Positions 31,676-42,901 of a stretch of DNA of 64,000 nt are shown in pieces. The notes under the pieces were generated by a model, which was given only the letters and a program-made list of their open reading frames with translations, ran no database searches and was not told the DNA's origin. The first letter of the stretch is position 1. Every line of letters starts with the position of its first letter. A program made the position numbers and the translations under genes. Origin of the DNA: Candidatus Bathyarchaeota archaeon. GTDB taxonomy: Archaea > Thermoproteota > Bathyarchaeia > Bathyarchaeales > DTEX01. Location: positions 1 through 64,000 of the forward strand of contig CAVQNT010000004.1 in assembly GCA_963714275.1 (NCBI GenBank). Reading direction: 5' to 3'.

Positions 31676-33715
31676 ATGTTGATTCGTGAAATAATACTGG
31701 AGAACTTCATGTCTTACGAGTACGCGAGGATTCCGCTCAAGTCAGGAGTTAACCTCATCTGCGGTCCGAACGGTGCTGGGAAAAGCTCAATCATCCTCGG
31801 CATATCTGTGGCTTTAGGTCAATCCAACACTGAACGGTCCAAGAAGCTAAGCGACCTCATCAGGCGGGGAAAAGACGTAGGCCGCGTCACAATTGTTCTG
31901 GACAACTCCATGAGAAACGGAAGGCGCCCAGTTTTAAGGATTAGGAAGGACCAGATTTATCTGACTAGAGTCCTAAGAAAGGACGGAAAATACTGGTTTG
32001 AGCTTGACAACGTTCTCGCGACGAGGGCTGACGTTTTGAGGCTTCTTTCTCACTTCGACATCGACCCGGACAACATGCTCATCATCATGCATCAGGACAT
32101 GGCTGAACAGTTCATCGTGCTTTCTCCGCAGGAAAAGCTTAAGCTTGTTGAGGCAGCAGCTGGGCTCGAGCCTTATAGAAGAAACGTTTTAGAAGCTCAG
32201 AGGAAGCTCAGCCACATCGTAAGCCAAGAGGAATCCTTGTCGAAGATGCTTGAATCAGCTGAGCAGACCCTTAACTACTGGCGTGAACAGTATAATCGGT
32301 TCCAGGAAAAGAAGCAGTGAATTCTGAAAAGGCGTTTTCTAGACCGTGAACTCGCGTGGGCAGAGGTCTCAAGAAGGGAACAGGCTGTCTCTGACTTTGA
32401 AAAGAAGCTCAACGACAAGAAGAACCACATTAAGAAGATTGAAGGCGGTATAAAAATTTCTGAAGATGAAATAGGTAAGCTTCAAGATGAATCCAAAGAT
32501 GAAAAGAACAATCTACAAAGCCTTTTCGAAGAAAGGTTGACTCTTGAAAGAGAGAAAGCTCGACACGAATTCAACGTTCTGAGCATGAAAAACAATTTTG
32601 GCGACCTTCGAAGCTGGCTTGAGCAAGGTCAGAAAGAAGTAAAAAACATTCTGGATGTAATACTTCTAATCCAAAATGGACCTAAGGGAACATTATCTGA
32701 GTCTCTTAAGAGTCAGATGTCTGAGCTTAAGAATGCTTCTGAAGAGCTGAGTAACTGGCCCAAAACGCTTGAAACTAAAATCGAAAGTTTTGAAGAAGAT
32801 GCCAAGGTCTCAGCCCAGCAAATAGCAGGTCTAGACTCTCAAATATCTGGAGTAAAAGACAAAACAAGAGAGGTTGACCAAAAGACTGAGGTTTTAGGAA
32901 GCCAGTTGCTTGAGAAGAAAATCGGTTTAGCGTTACTTGATTACCAAAAGAAAGAGATTTCGAAAGAACTTGGAGAAATCGAGCGAAACCTCAAGATACT
33001 ACAAACTGATTTGGGCGTCGCAGTTAAGAAAGCTGAGGAGATGGGTGCCCGTATCGTGGCTTTGAGGGGCGTCGAGGAAGTTGTAGACGAGATTCGGATG
33101 GTCGATGGTCGCATAGTAGCGATGGGAGACGTCTCGTCTGAGATTGAGCGTATGTACGAGTCTTACTCGAACCTTTATTTGGAGCTGAAAGAGAAAGCCC
33201 GTGTTGCCTCTGAGAACCGTGAGAAAGTCTTGGAAGAAATCAAGACACGGATGGACGCTTGGAGAACCGTGATCCGAAGCCTTCTCGATCATGTAAGTCT
33301 CGAATATCAAAGGATTCTTTCCTTTGCTACAGCCACGGGCGCTATACGATTATTGGACGAACACGACATCGAGGCGACCGGGATTGACATTCTTGTCGGT
33401 TTCAAGGGCTCGCAGCCTCTTTCCCTCAACATTTACTCGCAGAGCGGCGGGGAAAGAAGCACAGCGGTCATGTCTTTTCTACTCGCTCTGCAACAGAGGG
33501 TTAGGTCTCCTTTCCGGGCTATTGACGAGTACGACGTTCACATGGATCCCAAGAACCGGGAAGTGATTGCTAACCTTCTGATTACAGCGGTCGAGGACGG
33601 AACAGGACAATATTTGGCGATTACCCCTAACCAGATGTATTACGAGGGCAAAGACCTGCATGTGATCATGATTCAGAACATCGAGGGCACCTCTTTGGTC
33701 AGGGAGGTTTCATAA
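31676..33715 (+). CDS. Smc5/6-like SMC ATPase, about 679 aa, no recognisable hinge (in-frame TGA at 32318-32320, probably an error)
   Basis: ENFMSY, GPNGAGKSS, MHQD Q-loop, coiled coil, QSGGERS, SPFRAIDEYDVHMD, ITP; the two ORFs are in frame. Confidence 0.88.
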
Positions 33716-34534
33716 TGGCGACCGCCAGAAAACCAGAAACCCTCGGCAGAGAAGAGCTGAGAAGAATAATTGAGACCTGCCTGTCCGTTGAGGCTAAAGG
33801 GCTGAACCCTTTCCTGGTCAACGTTGAAGACCTCGTTTCAGTCATTAAACAGTTTTTTCCGAACTGGAGCGACCCTGAGGAGCTTTGCCTAGACGCTGAG
33901 GCGCTTAACCAGATTGCTTCGGTCATAAAGATGCAGAGTGAATGGATTAAACACCGGGCGACTTCACTTTACAGGGACCCATTTCTTGTTGAGGAAAAGC
34001 TGCAAAGCCTACCAATTGAGAGGATTGCTGACATTTTCGAGGAGGCTTGGCATCCGCTGGTGGAGCTGGAACAAGTGACCATGGGCAGCCTTGAAGCGGC
34101 TTTAAGGTACTGGACTCGAGCTTACGCCTTTAGATGAAAGGTGGCGGAAAGAGAATCTTCTATTGGCGGATGTTTCGCCAACTTCCCGTGAAGAGTTAAT
34201 CAAACAGGGCGTTTTATTGAGCGAAACCTTCACGGCTGAGCTGGAAAAACTTTGGGAAGAACTGAAGACGTTTGAGACTAACAAAGAAGGGAAAATCGGT
34301 TACTGGGACTTTATCGGGGCAAAAACATACGACGAGACTGTGAAAAGGGCTTACCTCATAAGTTTCCTCATAACATACGGGTACGCGGACTTAGAGGTGC
34401 ATCCTCTTGAGGAAGAGATTTTCCTTCAGCCTTACATGAAGCAGGTTTCGAAAGGAAACGCAGCGACTTTCTCTTTTCCAATACCTATTAGTTTCGAGGA
34501 GTGGAAGCGATGGCAGCAAAACCGGGAATCTTAA
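33715..34534 (+). CDS. Kleisin (ScpA/Nse4-like) subunit (frameshift near 34117)
   Basis: LNPFLVNV...IASVIKMQSEW resembles the ScpA N-terminus; YWDFI...AYLISFLITYGYADLEVHPLEEEIFL resembles the C-terminal winged helix; start overlaps the SMC stop. Confidence 0.72.
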
Positions 34535-35134
34535 GACGTAAAGCAGCTTACTCGTTGAAGATGAAACGGGCAGTGCAGCTCCTCTTCTATAAGAGGCACT
34601 GGGAACCGGGAGTCAAAGGCTGGGAACTGAGGCGCAGAATAGGCTCTGATTATCCTAGGGTTCTTGACCTTCTGAACGATTACCTTGACAGGCTTGGTCT
34701 CGCTGTGAAAACTGTTTATGAGGAAGAAGCGAATCCTCCTCAAAATCCGACATTGGAGCAGCTGGATAAAGCAAGGTTCTATGTAGCGCTGAAGGAAACT
34801 CAGACAGTCTGGAGAACAAAAGCTCGTCGGCTGGCGCATTGACGACCTCGCTGGATTAGCTGTCTCGCTTGGGTACATAATTTCGCACGGAGGAAAAACC
34901 CCTCGAAAGGACGTTGAGGACCTTCTGAGAGAGAAGCTGCCTGGCTGGAGGGTTGACTTGAACCTTAACCGTTACTTGAGAACGGGCTACCTTACTGAGG
35001 ACGAGAATGGGCTGTTCTATCTTGGTTGGCGAACTCGTGCTGAGGTGGACCAAAGGAAATTCGTTGACCTGCTTCTTGAGGCTTCAGAATCTAAAAAACA
35101 AACGAATGCAGATGATTCTGTTTCTTCAACTTAA
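34510..35134 (+). CDS. Kite (ScpB/Nse1/Nse3-like tandem winged helix) subunit (frameshift near 34808)
   Basis: About 207 aa once joined; LNDYLDRLGLAV, then RYLRTGYL...FYLGWRTRAEVD resembling the Nse1/MAGE WH-B end. Confidence 0.68.
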
Positions 35135-36406
35135 CGTGCAAGGGTCCCCAATACATCGAACTGCATTTCCCGTGGCTCATCAACTATTTCAAGTGTTTTC
35201 TGAAGTTTTGGGTCATCTTTAACTTCTTCATAGAGAGTTTCCGAAATCCACATCTTTTCCAGGTGCAATGTGTTCTTTATCCTTACGACCCTTGCCTTCT
35301 TTGTGTCGATTGTTCCGCATGTCTGTAAGGCTATGGTTATGGCGTCGCGGTCTGTTGGCAGGAAGACCGGGGTTTTCGCGACTAAGGGATGACCGCTTGT
35401 TAAAGCGTTGACGAAGGTGGGTTGATAGTCGATTTTTGAAACGAGCCTTTGCGTCGTTATGTCGAGCTAAGCCCATGCCTATTGCGTTTCCGTGGGTTTC
35501 TTCCGAAAGGTCCAAGACAACAATTGAGCTGATGTTCGGGGAAAGCGGGTCGTTTTCGCCAGGCAGCCAGAATCTTCCTATGACGTTTGTGTCCATGCCT
35601 GCTCCGCTGATGTCTTTCCCGATTTCCTCAACTATCAGCACATCAATGTTCTTGAACGGTATCCTCGCAAGCAGCGATTTCGCCTTTTCCAGCAGTTTCA
35701 TTTCTTCACGTTCAATGTCTTTGGGTTTGACTGCTTTCACGACAACAATCTCGTGATGAGTATCCTCAACAATCGCTAAGCCTATGATTATGGGCGCCTT
35801 CTCCATTATGAGCCTTGCAGCTTCAGGAATCAGCTTATGGTATCCTTCGGACTTGAAGCGGTGAATCATCTCTGCTCCTTTCTGTTTTCCAAGCCCAATG
35901 ACCATCATCTTCATTAAGCCACTTTCAATCTCGCCTTTAAAGTCAGTGTGAGGTTTCACCCGTCCAACCACGATGATGCCGTCCGCTCTCAAGGCGTTCT
36001 TGTCAACGTAAACGGGGCTTCCGTTCCTTAGTTTACCTACGAAGTCAACCTCCATCGTCGCATGAATCGGCGCCCCAACGGTTTCAGGCGTGATCCCAAG
36101 ACCCTTCAAAAGAGAAATCTGTCCTTCAGGAGAGGCTCCGCCGTGGCTTCCCATAGTTGGAATCAGGAAAGGGTGACCGCCTGCTTTCTTTACTTCGTCG
36201 ACGACTACTGCCAAAATCTCGGGGTAGTGAACAATTCCGCGGCTGCCAGCAGTGACAGCTATTTCCGCTCCGGGCTTAATCTTACCTCCTATGTCCACTT
36301 TTTTTAGTTCTTTTCGGATTTCAGAAACGAAATCATTAAGCTTTGAGGAGGGAATTTTCTGGTGGACCTCAACCATTCTTGGAAGCTCCGTCTTGGGGAA
36401 AGACAT
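35131..36406 (-). CDS. LarA-like (lactate racemase N-terminal domain) protein (frameshift near 35464)
   Basis: GSRGI, MGSHGG, RVKPHTDF, GKDISGAGMDTNV; corrected C-terminus ends QFDVLGTLAR*. Confidence 0.8.
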
Positions 36407-36549
36407 TCACGAACGCCTCGTAAAGGAAGAATTGTTAAGATACTAAAATATCTTTTTGAACCACGCTATCAAAAAAATTATTAGCGCAACTTATAAGCCA
36501 CCTTTCATGATAGACTTTTTCAGGCACCAAAAATTCTAGAGTGATAAGT

Positions 36550-38506
36550 GTGACACAAACATCAAGCAATCCCTTCGGAGTATTCAGAAACCAATGCAGC
36601 ACACTACTTCAAAATGCTGCACGAGAAGCCTTCCCGGACGCTGCGATTCCGACTCTCAGCTTAAGCATACCGCCTACCTCTGAGTTTGGGGAGCTGAACT
36701 TCATCGGCTTGTTTTGAACTGGCTAAACAGTTGAAAAGAAATCCGCTTGATCTAGCGAAGCAGATTGTGGAGAAAGCTGAACTGGAGGCGTCCTCGTATA
36801 ATTTGGTAACCTCTGTCAAGGCTGAAGGGCAAGGATACATCAACTTCTATGTCGACATGGCTGAGTTTGCCCGTTTAGCGCTTGAGTCAACCAAAGCTTT
36901 GAACTCGGAATACGGGTATGTCAAGTCTGAGGAACCGAAAAGAATGATTGTTGAACACACGAGTGCCAATCCCGTTCACCCCATTCACATAGGCACATCA
37001 CGGAACTCGGTTCTTGGGGACGCCTTAGCACGCATCCTCGAAGCAAGGGGGCACACGGTTTCTCGGCACTACTACATCGACGATGTAGGTCGACAGTCAG
37101 CAGTCATAGCCTACGGGTATAATCTACTTGGAAGACCGAAACCTGAAGGCAAGCCTGACCACTATATCGGAGCGGTCTACGCTGTCACAAGTTGCCTGCT
37201 GGAAATTCGCAAGCTCAAAGAAGCAGTTGAGCGAGCCGAATCGAACTCTGAAGAATCTTACGATCTTAGAAAAGACTTGGACGATTGGGTCGCAGTCGCA
37301 GCGGAGCTTGAAGAAAAATTCCCCAAACTGTTTAATTCACTTCTCGAAAAAATCAAAAAAGCCAAAAGTCCTGAGCTTGAAATCAATTTATTACTTCAAG
37401 AATATGAGACTGGAAAAGAAAAAGCCAAAAATCTTGTGCGCGAGTTTTCACAACTGTGCCTAGAAGGGTTTAAGCAAACTTTTGCTAAAGCCGGCGTGTC
37501 TGTTGACTCGTGGGATTGGGAGAGCGATTTCGTGTGGAACGGGGAGGTTAACCGAACTCTCGACGCGTTGAAGAAAACTCCTTACGTCTTCAGCGAAAAT
37601 GATGTTTTAGAGTTTGACGCTGAACAGGCTGCCCAAACGTTTGGTCTCAAGAAAATTTTTGACATAAAAGAGGACCAAGAGATACCTTCGTTGACCTTGG
37701 TCAGGGCTGACGGCACCACGTTGTATACGATGAGAGATATTCCCTACAGCGTCTGGAAGTTCAAGCAGGCAGACAGAGTCGTCAACGTAATTGGGATGGA
37801 TCAGAACCTGTCTCAGCTGCAGTTAAAGATAGCCCTCTGCGCCTTAGGACACATTGAGCAAGCCAAGAATCTGGTTCATTTCTCGTATAATCTGGTTAGT
37901 TTCCCGGGGCAACGAATTTCGGGCAGAAGAGGTCGCTACGTGACGTTCGACGAAGTCATCGACGAATCAGTGTCCAGAGCTTACGACGAAGTTTCTAAAC
38001 GGTCCCCAAACATGCCAGAAAAGAACAAGCGCAAAATCGCAGAAGCAGTAGGCATAGGCGCTGTAAAATACGCTTTGGTGGAAACTGACCCTCAGAAACG
38101 CGTGGTCTTCACGTGGGACAAAGTTCTGAATTTCGAAACAAACAGTGCACCCTACATTCAGTATTCTCACGCAAGAGCCTGCAGCATCCTCAGAAAGGTG
38201 GACTTGCAGCCTAAAAACGCGGACACATCACTGTTAAAGGAACCCTTAGAGCATGATTTGGTGCTTATGGTCTCCCGTTTCCCTGAAGTTTTCGTCGACG
38301 CTGCGGACAACCTTAAACCCAACGAATTAGCTGATTACGCGAATGCTCTTGCTGACAAGTTCAACACTTTTTACGCAGTTTTGCCCGTAATTAAGGCTGA
38401 AACACCGGAATTAAGCAGCGCAAGGTTGATGATCGTTAAAGCCGTAAAAATTACGCTTCACAACGCATTGGAACTGATAGGCATCGAAGCGCCTGAACGC
38501 ATGTAA
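36550..38506 (+). CDS. argS: Arginine--tRNA ligase (frameshift near 36697)
   Basis: EHTSANP.HPIHIG, DGTTLY..RD, PYIQYSHAR..SIL, ends PERM. Confidence 0.95.
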
Positions 38507-38554
38507 CTAATTTACTATTGAAAAAAGGGAGAAAAAATGAACTTTTGAGCCATT

Positions 38555-38962
38555 TTATTTCAGCGGAACGTACATGCTGCTTCGGCTTGCGCCTATTCCG
38601 GGGGTGCCGTGTTTCACGGGTTTGTTTGTTATGGCGAACTCGCCTAGGTAATGACCGACCATTTCAGGCGCTATTGTGAACGACGTGAATTCTTTGCCGT
38701 TGTGGACCTGAATGTTTACGCCTATCATCTCGGGCAGGATAATCATGTCTCGGGCGTGGGTTTTGATTGGTTTAACCGTCTTTCCGCGTTCAACCAAATC
38801 CTTCGCTTCACGCATCTTTTCAAGCAGTCTTCTCTGTTCAAGGCTTAAACCCCGCTGAAGGCTTCTGCGTTGGCGTGAAGGGAGAAGGCTGATGAACTCG
38901 TCCATCGAAACGTTTTGTAGCTTCTCCAAATTGTAGCCGCGGAACATGAATTCTTTAGGCAT
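38555..38962 (-). CDS. rps19p: 30S ribosomal protein S19 (uS19)
   Basis: [32 protein letters not shown]. Confidence 0.97.
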   Translation of the reverse strand: MPKEFMFRGYNLEKLQNVSMDEFISLLPSRQRRSLQRGLSLEQRRLLEKMREAKDLVERGKTVKPIKTHARDMIILPEMIGVNIQVHNGKEFTSFTIAPEMVGHYLGEFAITNKPVKHGTPGIGASRSSMYVPLK

Positions 38963-39025
38963 CCGACCACCAACCCAACTGAAACAAGTTGTCCATTTAA
39001 ACGTTACTGCAATCCATTTGTAGGG

Positions 39026-39748
39026 TTACTTTTTGTGACCTGCCCTTCTGGCGCCGATGAGCCCAACCTTCTTGCCTGGCGGAGCTCTGTGGGAGACTGT
39101 TGTGACCTTCCGTCCTCCCCTTCTGCCACCTCCAAAGGGATGCACAGCCGCAATCATGGCTCGTCCACGGGTCCTCGGGTACTTCTGTCCTTTCGCCTTC
39201 ATCAGATGGAATTTGGATCCAGCCTTCAGGAACGGCTTCTCTGTTCTTCCTGCTCCGGAGATAACGCCAACCGTCGCTAAGCATAGATCGTTGATGTAAC
39301 GCGTTTTTCCTGAGGGCATCTTCAGCACGGTTCCTTCCGGCGTGTGCGAAGTGATGATTGCGTAAGAACCTGAGGAACGTGCTAGTCTTCCTCCATCCCC
39401 GGGTTGCAGTTCAATGTTGCAGACGGTTATTCCTTCAGGAATGCTGCCGATAGGTATGACGTTGCCAATTTTGACTGAAGCTTGCACGCCGAGTTCGACG
39501 TTTTGACCTTCAATGACTCCTTCTGGAACAACTGAATAGTAGGTTTTGCCGTCCTCGAGCTCGATGAGGGCTAGTGGAGAACCCCTGCCTGGGTCATGCA
39601 TGAGCTGTTGAATCTGGCCTGTGATGACTGTTTCGAGTTTCTCTTTCTGCGGATTCGGATATTTTGCTGGTGCAACCCGTTTGTGTGTTGCAGCTTGGAA
39701 GGTTTTTGAGCCTCTTCCTCGTCTTTGTACTCTGATTCTTTTGCCCAA
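39026..39748 (-). CDS. rpl2p: 50S ribosomal protein L2 (uL2)
   Basis: MGKRIRVQRRGRG, HDPGRG, HPFGGG, PPGKKVG. Confidence 0.97.
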   Translation of the reverse strand: MGKRIRVQRRGRGSKTFQAATHKRVAPAKYPNPQKEKLETVITGQIQQLMHDPGRGSPLALIELEDGKTYYSVVPEGVIEGQNVELGVQASVKIGNVIPIGSIPEGITVCNIELQPGDGGRLARSSGSYAIITSHTPEGTVLKMPSGKTRYINDLCLATVGVISGAGRTEKPFLKAGSKFHLMKAKGQKYPRTRGRAMIAAVHPFGGGRRGGRKVTTVSHRAPPGKKVGLIGARRAGHKK

Positions 39749-39766
39749 ACCTTACTCCTCCATTGA

Positions 39767-40027
39767 CTATAACAAACCAAGTTTGATGGCTACGTCTGTC
39801 GCGCTGTATTCAGGCTGAAGTCTAACAAAAGCCTTTTTTTCGCCCTTAATTGAATTGGCGATGTTCACGTCTTTAACTTTAACTTGATACAGTTGTTCCA
39901 CAGCTTTCTTCACATCCAACTTCGTGGCTTTTATGTTCACGACAAAGACCAGCTTGTTCTCGCTTTCAATCAGCCTGCTGACGACCTCAGTCATCATGGG
40001 GTACGAGATAACGTCTTCCGGATTCAT
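39767..40027 (-). CDS. rpl23p: 50S ribosomal protein L23 (uL23)
   Basis: ENKLVFVV...ATK..VK.AVE.LY, KKAFVRL. Confidence 0.95.
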   Translation of the reverse strand: MNPEDVISYPMMTEVVSRLIESENKLVFVVNIKATKLDVKKAVEQLYQVKVKDVNIANSIKGEKKAFVRLQPEYSATDVAIKLGLL

Positions 40028-40031
40028 GGTC

Positions 40032-40790
40032 CTAGTCTCCTCCAGTCAAGGTTCGAAGTTCCTCTACGCTGTCTTTCGTCCAAACCGTGAGCCGTCCGGG
40101 ATGAGTACCTGGTGCAAGCAGTTCAGCGTTCAAGTTCTTAACGAAGGCGACGTCTACCCCTAGAAGGTTGTTCGCAGCCTTCACTACTCCATCGTCCACA
40201 TTAATCACAATCAAGGGTCCAACAGCATGTTTCTTTCTTCTTCCACGCATCTTTCCCTTTCCAGCCCGAACCTTAATGCTTTCCTTAACTCTGTTAACGT
40301 CTGGCCAGACGCCCAAGTTTATCAGGGCAACTTTCAAGTCTTTAACCTTTTTTACGCTTTGCAGATCATCGGTTACAACCAAAGGAAAATCTTTAACGTC
40401 GTCCACGATGTGCCCCCGTGCCTCAACGTTTTCTTTCAAGCCCGTTGCAGCGATAGCTGAAAGGAGCGCCAACCGTTTCTCTTTCTTTATAATTTTTTTA
40501 GAAATCTTCTTTTCAGAAACTGGTGGATGAGCAGACCTACCGCCGACTGTTCCAGGCGCAAACGCTATAGAAATCCTTGACTTGCCACGGCCCACTCCCA
40601 ACGACTCTGCGACCGTGTGTTTTCCAGCCATCACGTCTCTTCCCTGAGGCTGAATCCTGTGAGACTGAAGTGAAACCACTGCCCGTTTGATGACGTCAGG
40701 CCTGTAGGTTGTTTGAAAAACATCTGGAAGTTTGACTTTTCCGACATTTTTGCCTTCAAGGTCAAAAACTTTTGAAGAAACTTTACCCAT
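40032..40790 (-). CDS. rpl4p: 50S ribosomal protein L4 (uL4)
   Basis: RPDVIKRAV, RAGKGKMRGR, LAPGTHPGRLTVW. Confidence 0.97.
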   Translation of the reverse strand: MGKVSSKVFDLEGKNVGKVKLPDVFQTTYRPDVIKRAVVSLQSHRIQPQGRDVMAGKHTVAESLGVGRGKSRISIAFAPGTVGGRSAHPPVSEKKISKKIIKKEKRLALLSAIAATGLKENVEARGHIVDDVKDFPLVVTDDLQSVKKVKDLKVALINLGVWPDVNRVKESIKVRAGKGKMRGRRKKHAVGPLIVINVDDGVVKAANNLLGVDVAFVKNLNAELLAPGTHPGRLTVWTKDSVEELRTLTGGD

Positions 40791-40807
40791 AGTTTTTCAT
40801 CTCCCTA

Positions 40808-41819
40808 TCATGCGCCCTGAAGAGATTCGACGCTTAAGTATGAAACTTGCGGCGGACTAGCGCCGGTTTCTCTCGGGGGTCTCGCGGCATACCTCAACTT
40901 AATAAGCCTTTTTGCGGGTCCTGCGACGCTTCCTCTCAGTATCAAGTACGTGTTTCTTACTGGACCGTACCTTATGAAGTCTCCTTTTGGAGTGACTTCG
41001 TCGCCGTTTTTGCCGATCTTTAGGATTCGCTTGTTGAATTCTGTTCTTTGGTGGTAGCCCATTTGTCCAGCTCTCGGAACTGTGTATAGGACTCTTGCGG
41101 GTCCCCACGCTCCCAGGGTTCCGATGCCTCGTGTCCTTTTGTTACTTTTGTGTTGAAGGATTGCCACGTGCCATCTTTTGACTACGCCTTGCCATCCCTT
41201 GCCCTTGCTTACTGATATGGAGTCAATGAACTGGCCTTCTTTGAAGACTTCTTCAACTTGAACTGTTTTTCCTAGAATCTTGCTAACGTAATCGTACTGT
41301 TCCTTCACGGATGCTCCGCCTACCTTGACTTCCATGAGATCAGGCTTTTTCTTCGGAGTTCCAGACAACCTTGGCTGTGTGGCTGCTAAGATGCGGAACT
41401 CAACGATTTTTTCGAGGTTTTCTTCAATCTTTTTAAGGCTTTCTTCCAGGCTTAGGTTCTCTGGGAACGCCTATGATTCTTTCAAAATCTTTTGGAAGGG
41501 AGCCAGCCCAAGCTTCAGTTAAGGTTTTCAGCACATTGCCGTCTTTGGAGTAAGCCCTTACTGCGCAAACGGTCATAGGAGGCGCTTCTATTATTGTTAC
41601 CGGATTAGCTATTTCTTTACCAAAGCTCGGGGAACGTTGCCTGTCCTCAACCATGAACACGTAGGACATGCCGGCTTTGTAGCCTGCGAAGCCTAATAGA
41701 ACAGGACCTTCCTTAACCTCGGGCCAGTAACGTATCCTTCCGTTAGGGTGGGAAGCTCGTCCCCTAGGTAGATAAGCTAATGAACCATGTCTGGGTGCAT
41801 GCTGTTTTCTGTGGCCCAT
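40808..41819 (-). CDS. rpl3p: 50S ribosomal protein L3 (uL3) (frameshift near 41450)
   Basis: PRHGSLAYLPR, GYKAGM, KGKGWQGVVKRW, RAGQMGYHQRTE. Confidence 0.95.
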
Positions 41820-41966
41820 TGGTTTTCAAACTCCTTTTTTCTTTTTGTGTTATTTGGATTGTGGCAACTCTCAACATATAAAAGGAATAATATAAACGTT
41901 TGTGGCTTGTCACTTGGGGATTTTTGGTTCATGAACTGGTTTGTTGGTTGCGTTTTCTCAGGTTCG

Positions 41967-42793
41967 TTAGAGGATGTAGGTTGGTTCCTTCTCTCGGTCG
42001 GTTCGTCCCCTATAGCCTTCGATGAGCTCTCGCATGTCAGGTTGCTCAGCAACTTCCTTTTGAAACTCGGCTTCGAAGGTTTCAGCCTTTTTCTTGAGGT
42101 CCGTTAGGTCAAGTTCTATGCCTGTGAGCTTGGCGATTTTTTCGAGGATGCGGTATGCTGCTCGAGGATAGACTCCAGCAACGTACATTGGAACTGGGCT
42201 CCAAAGGCTGATTACGTCAACACGTTTCTGTTTGGCTTTCACCATAATCTCGCTGTAGACGCTTGTTGGACCCGTGTAGCTGGTGACTCCACTTCAGCCT
42301 TTTTAAGTTCAGAAAGGATTTTTTCGTTGTTTGTTGACGCTGAAACGGGAGTTGCGCTTTGGTGAGGAACGTCAGTGAGGAACCCTCCCGTCGTGTAAAT
42401 TTTTTTAACACCCTTTTTCTCTGCAACCTTAAGCACAGCCTCTGCGTACTTTGGCCAGTTTCGGTGTGGTTCATGACCCAGCAGAAGGACGAACGATTGC
42501 TTGTTTTTTGCGTCTTTCGAGCAGAAAAATTCGTTCTTCGGAGGATTGTATGACTGGATTATGCCTTCTTTCACCGTGACCGACGGTCTAAACAACATGT
42601 AGTCGTGGAATTCGTCAACGGGGATTTCGCCGAATTTTTTGGTGTCAAGTTTGTCTGCGAGATACTTGGCAGAGAAGGTTGAGACTTTACCAGCGTTGAC
42701 CCAGCCTTCTAGACCGATGACCATGATTTGGGTTCCGCATTTAACGGTCTTGGCTGATTTTTGTTTCTTCATCTTCGAGTAATCTCCACACAA
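41967..42793 (-). CDS. PAC2 family proteasome assembly chaperone-like protein (frameshift near 42287)
   Basis: GLEGWVNAG, HEPH.NW, GG..TDVPH, VPMYV...YP.AA, C-terminal YIL. Confidence 0.8.
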
Positions 42794-42901
42794 AGTTTTA
42801 GACCGAATAATATATTGTCGTTGAGGTTTTTAACGTTGATAGGTTAGGCGAAACCATTTAAGACGTTTCCCAAAGAATTATGGTAGTCAGGTGAAAAAGG
42901 T

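Noticed and set aside
32318-32320. In-frame TGA in the SMC gene (and at 44798 in GH3) as selenocysteine or stop-codon recoding
   Set aside because: The positions correspond to expected Leu and Arg, not Cys. The SMC case is explained by an AGCT-linked error, and TGA is used as a normal stop throughout the window.
31676-35134. Wadjet/MksBEFG or Rad50-Mre11 system
   Set aside because: No Toprim nuclease or Mre11 gene is adjacent, there is no zinc hook, and the gene order and head motifs fit an Smc5/6-like complex better.
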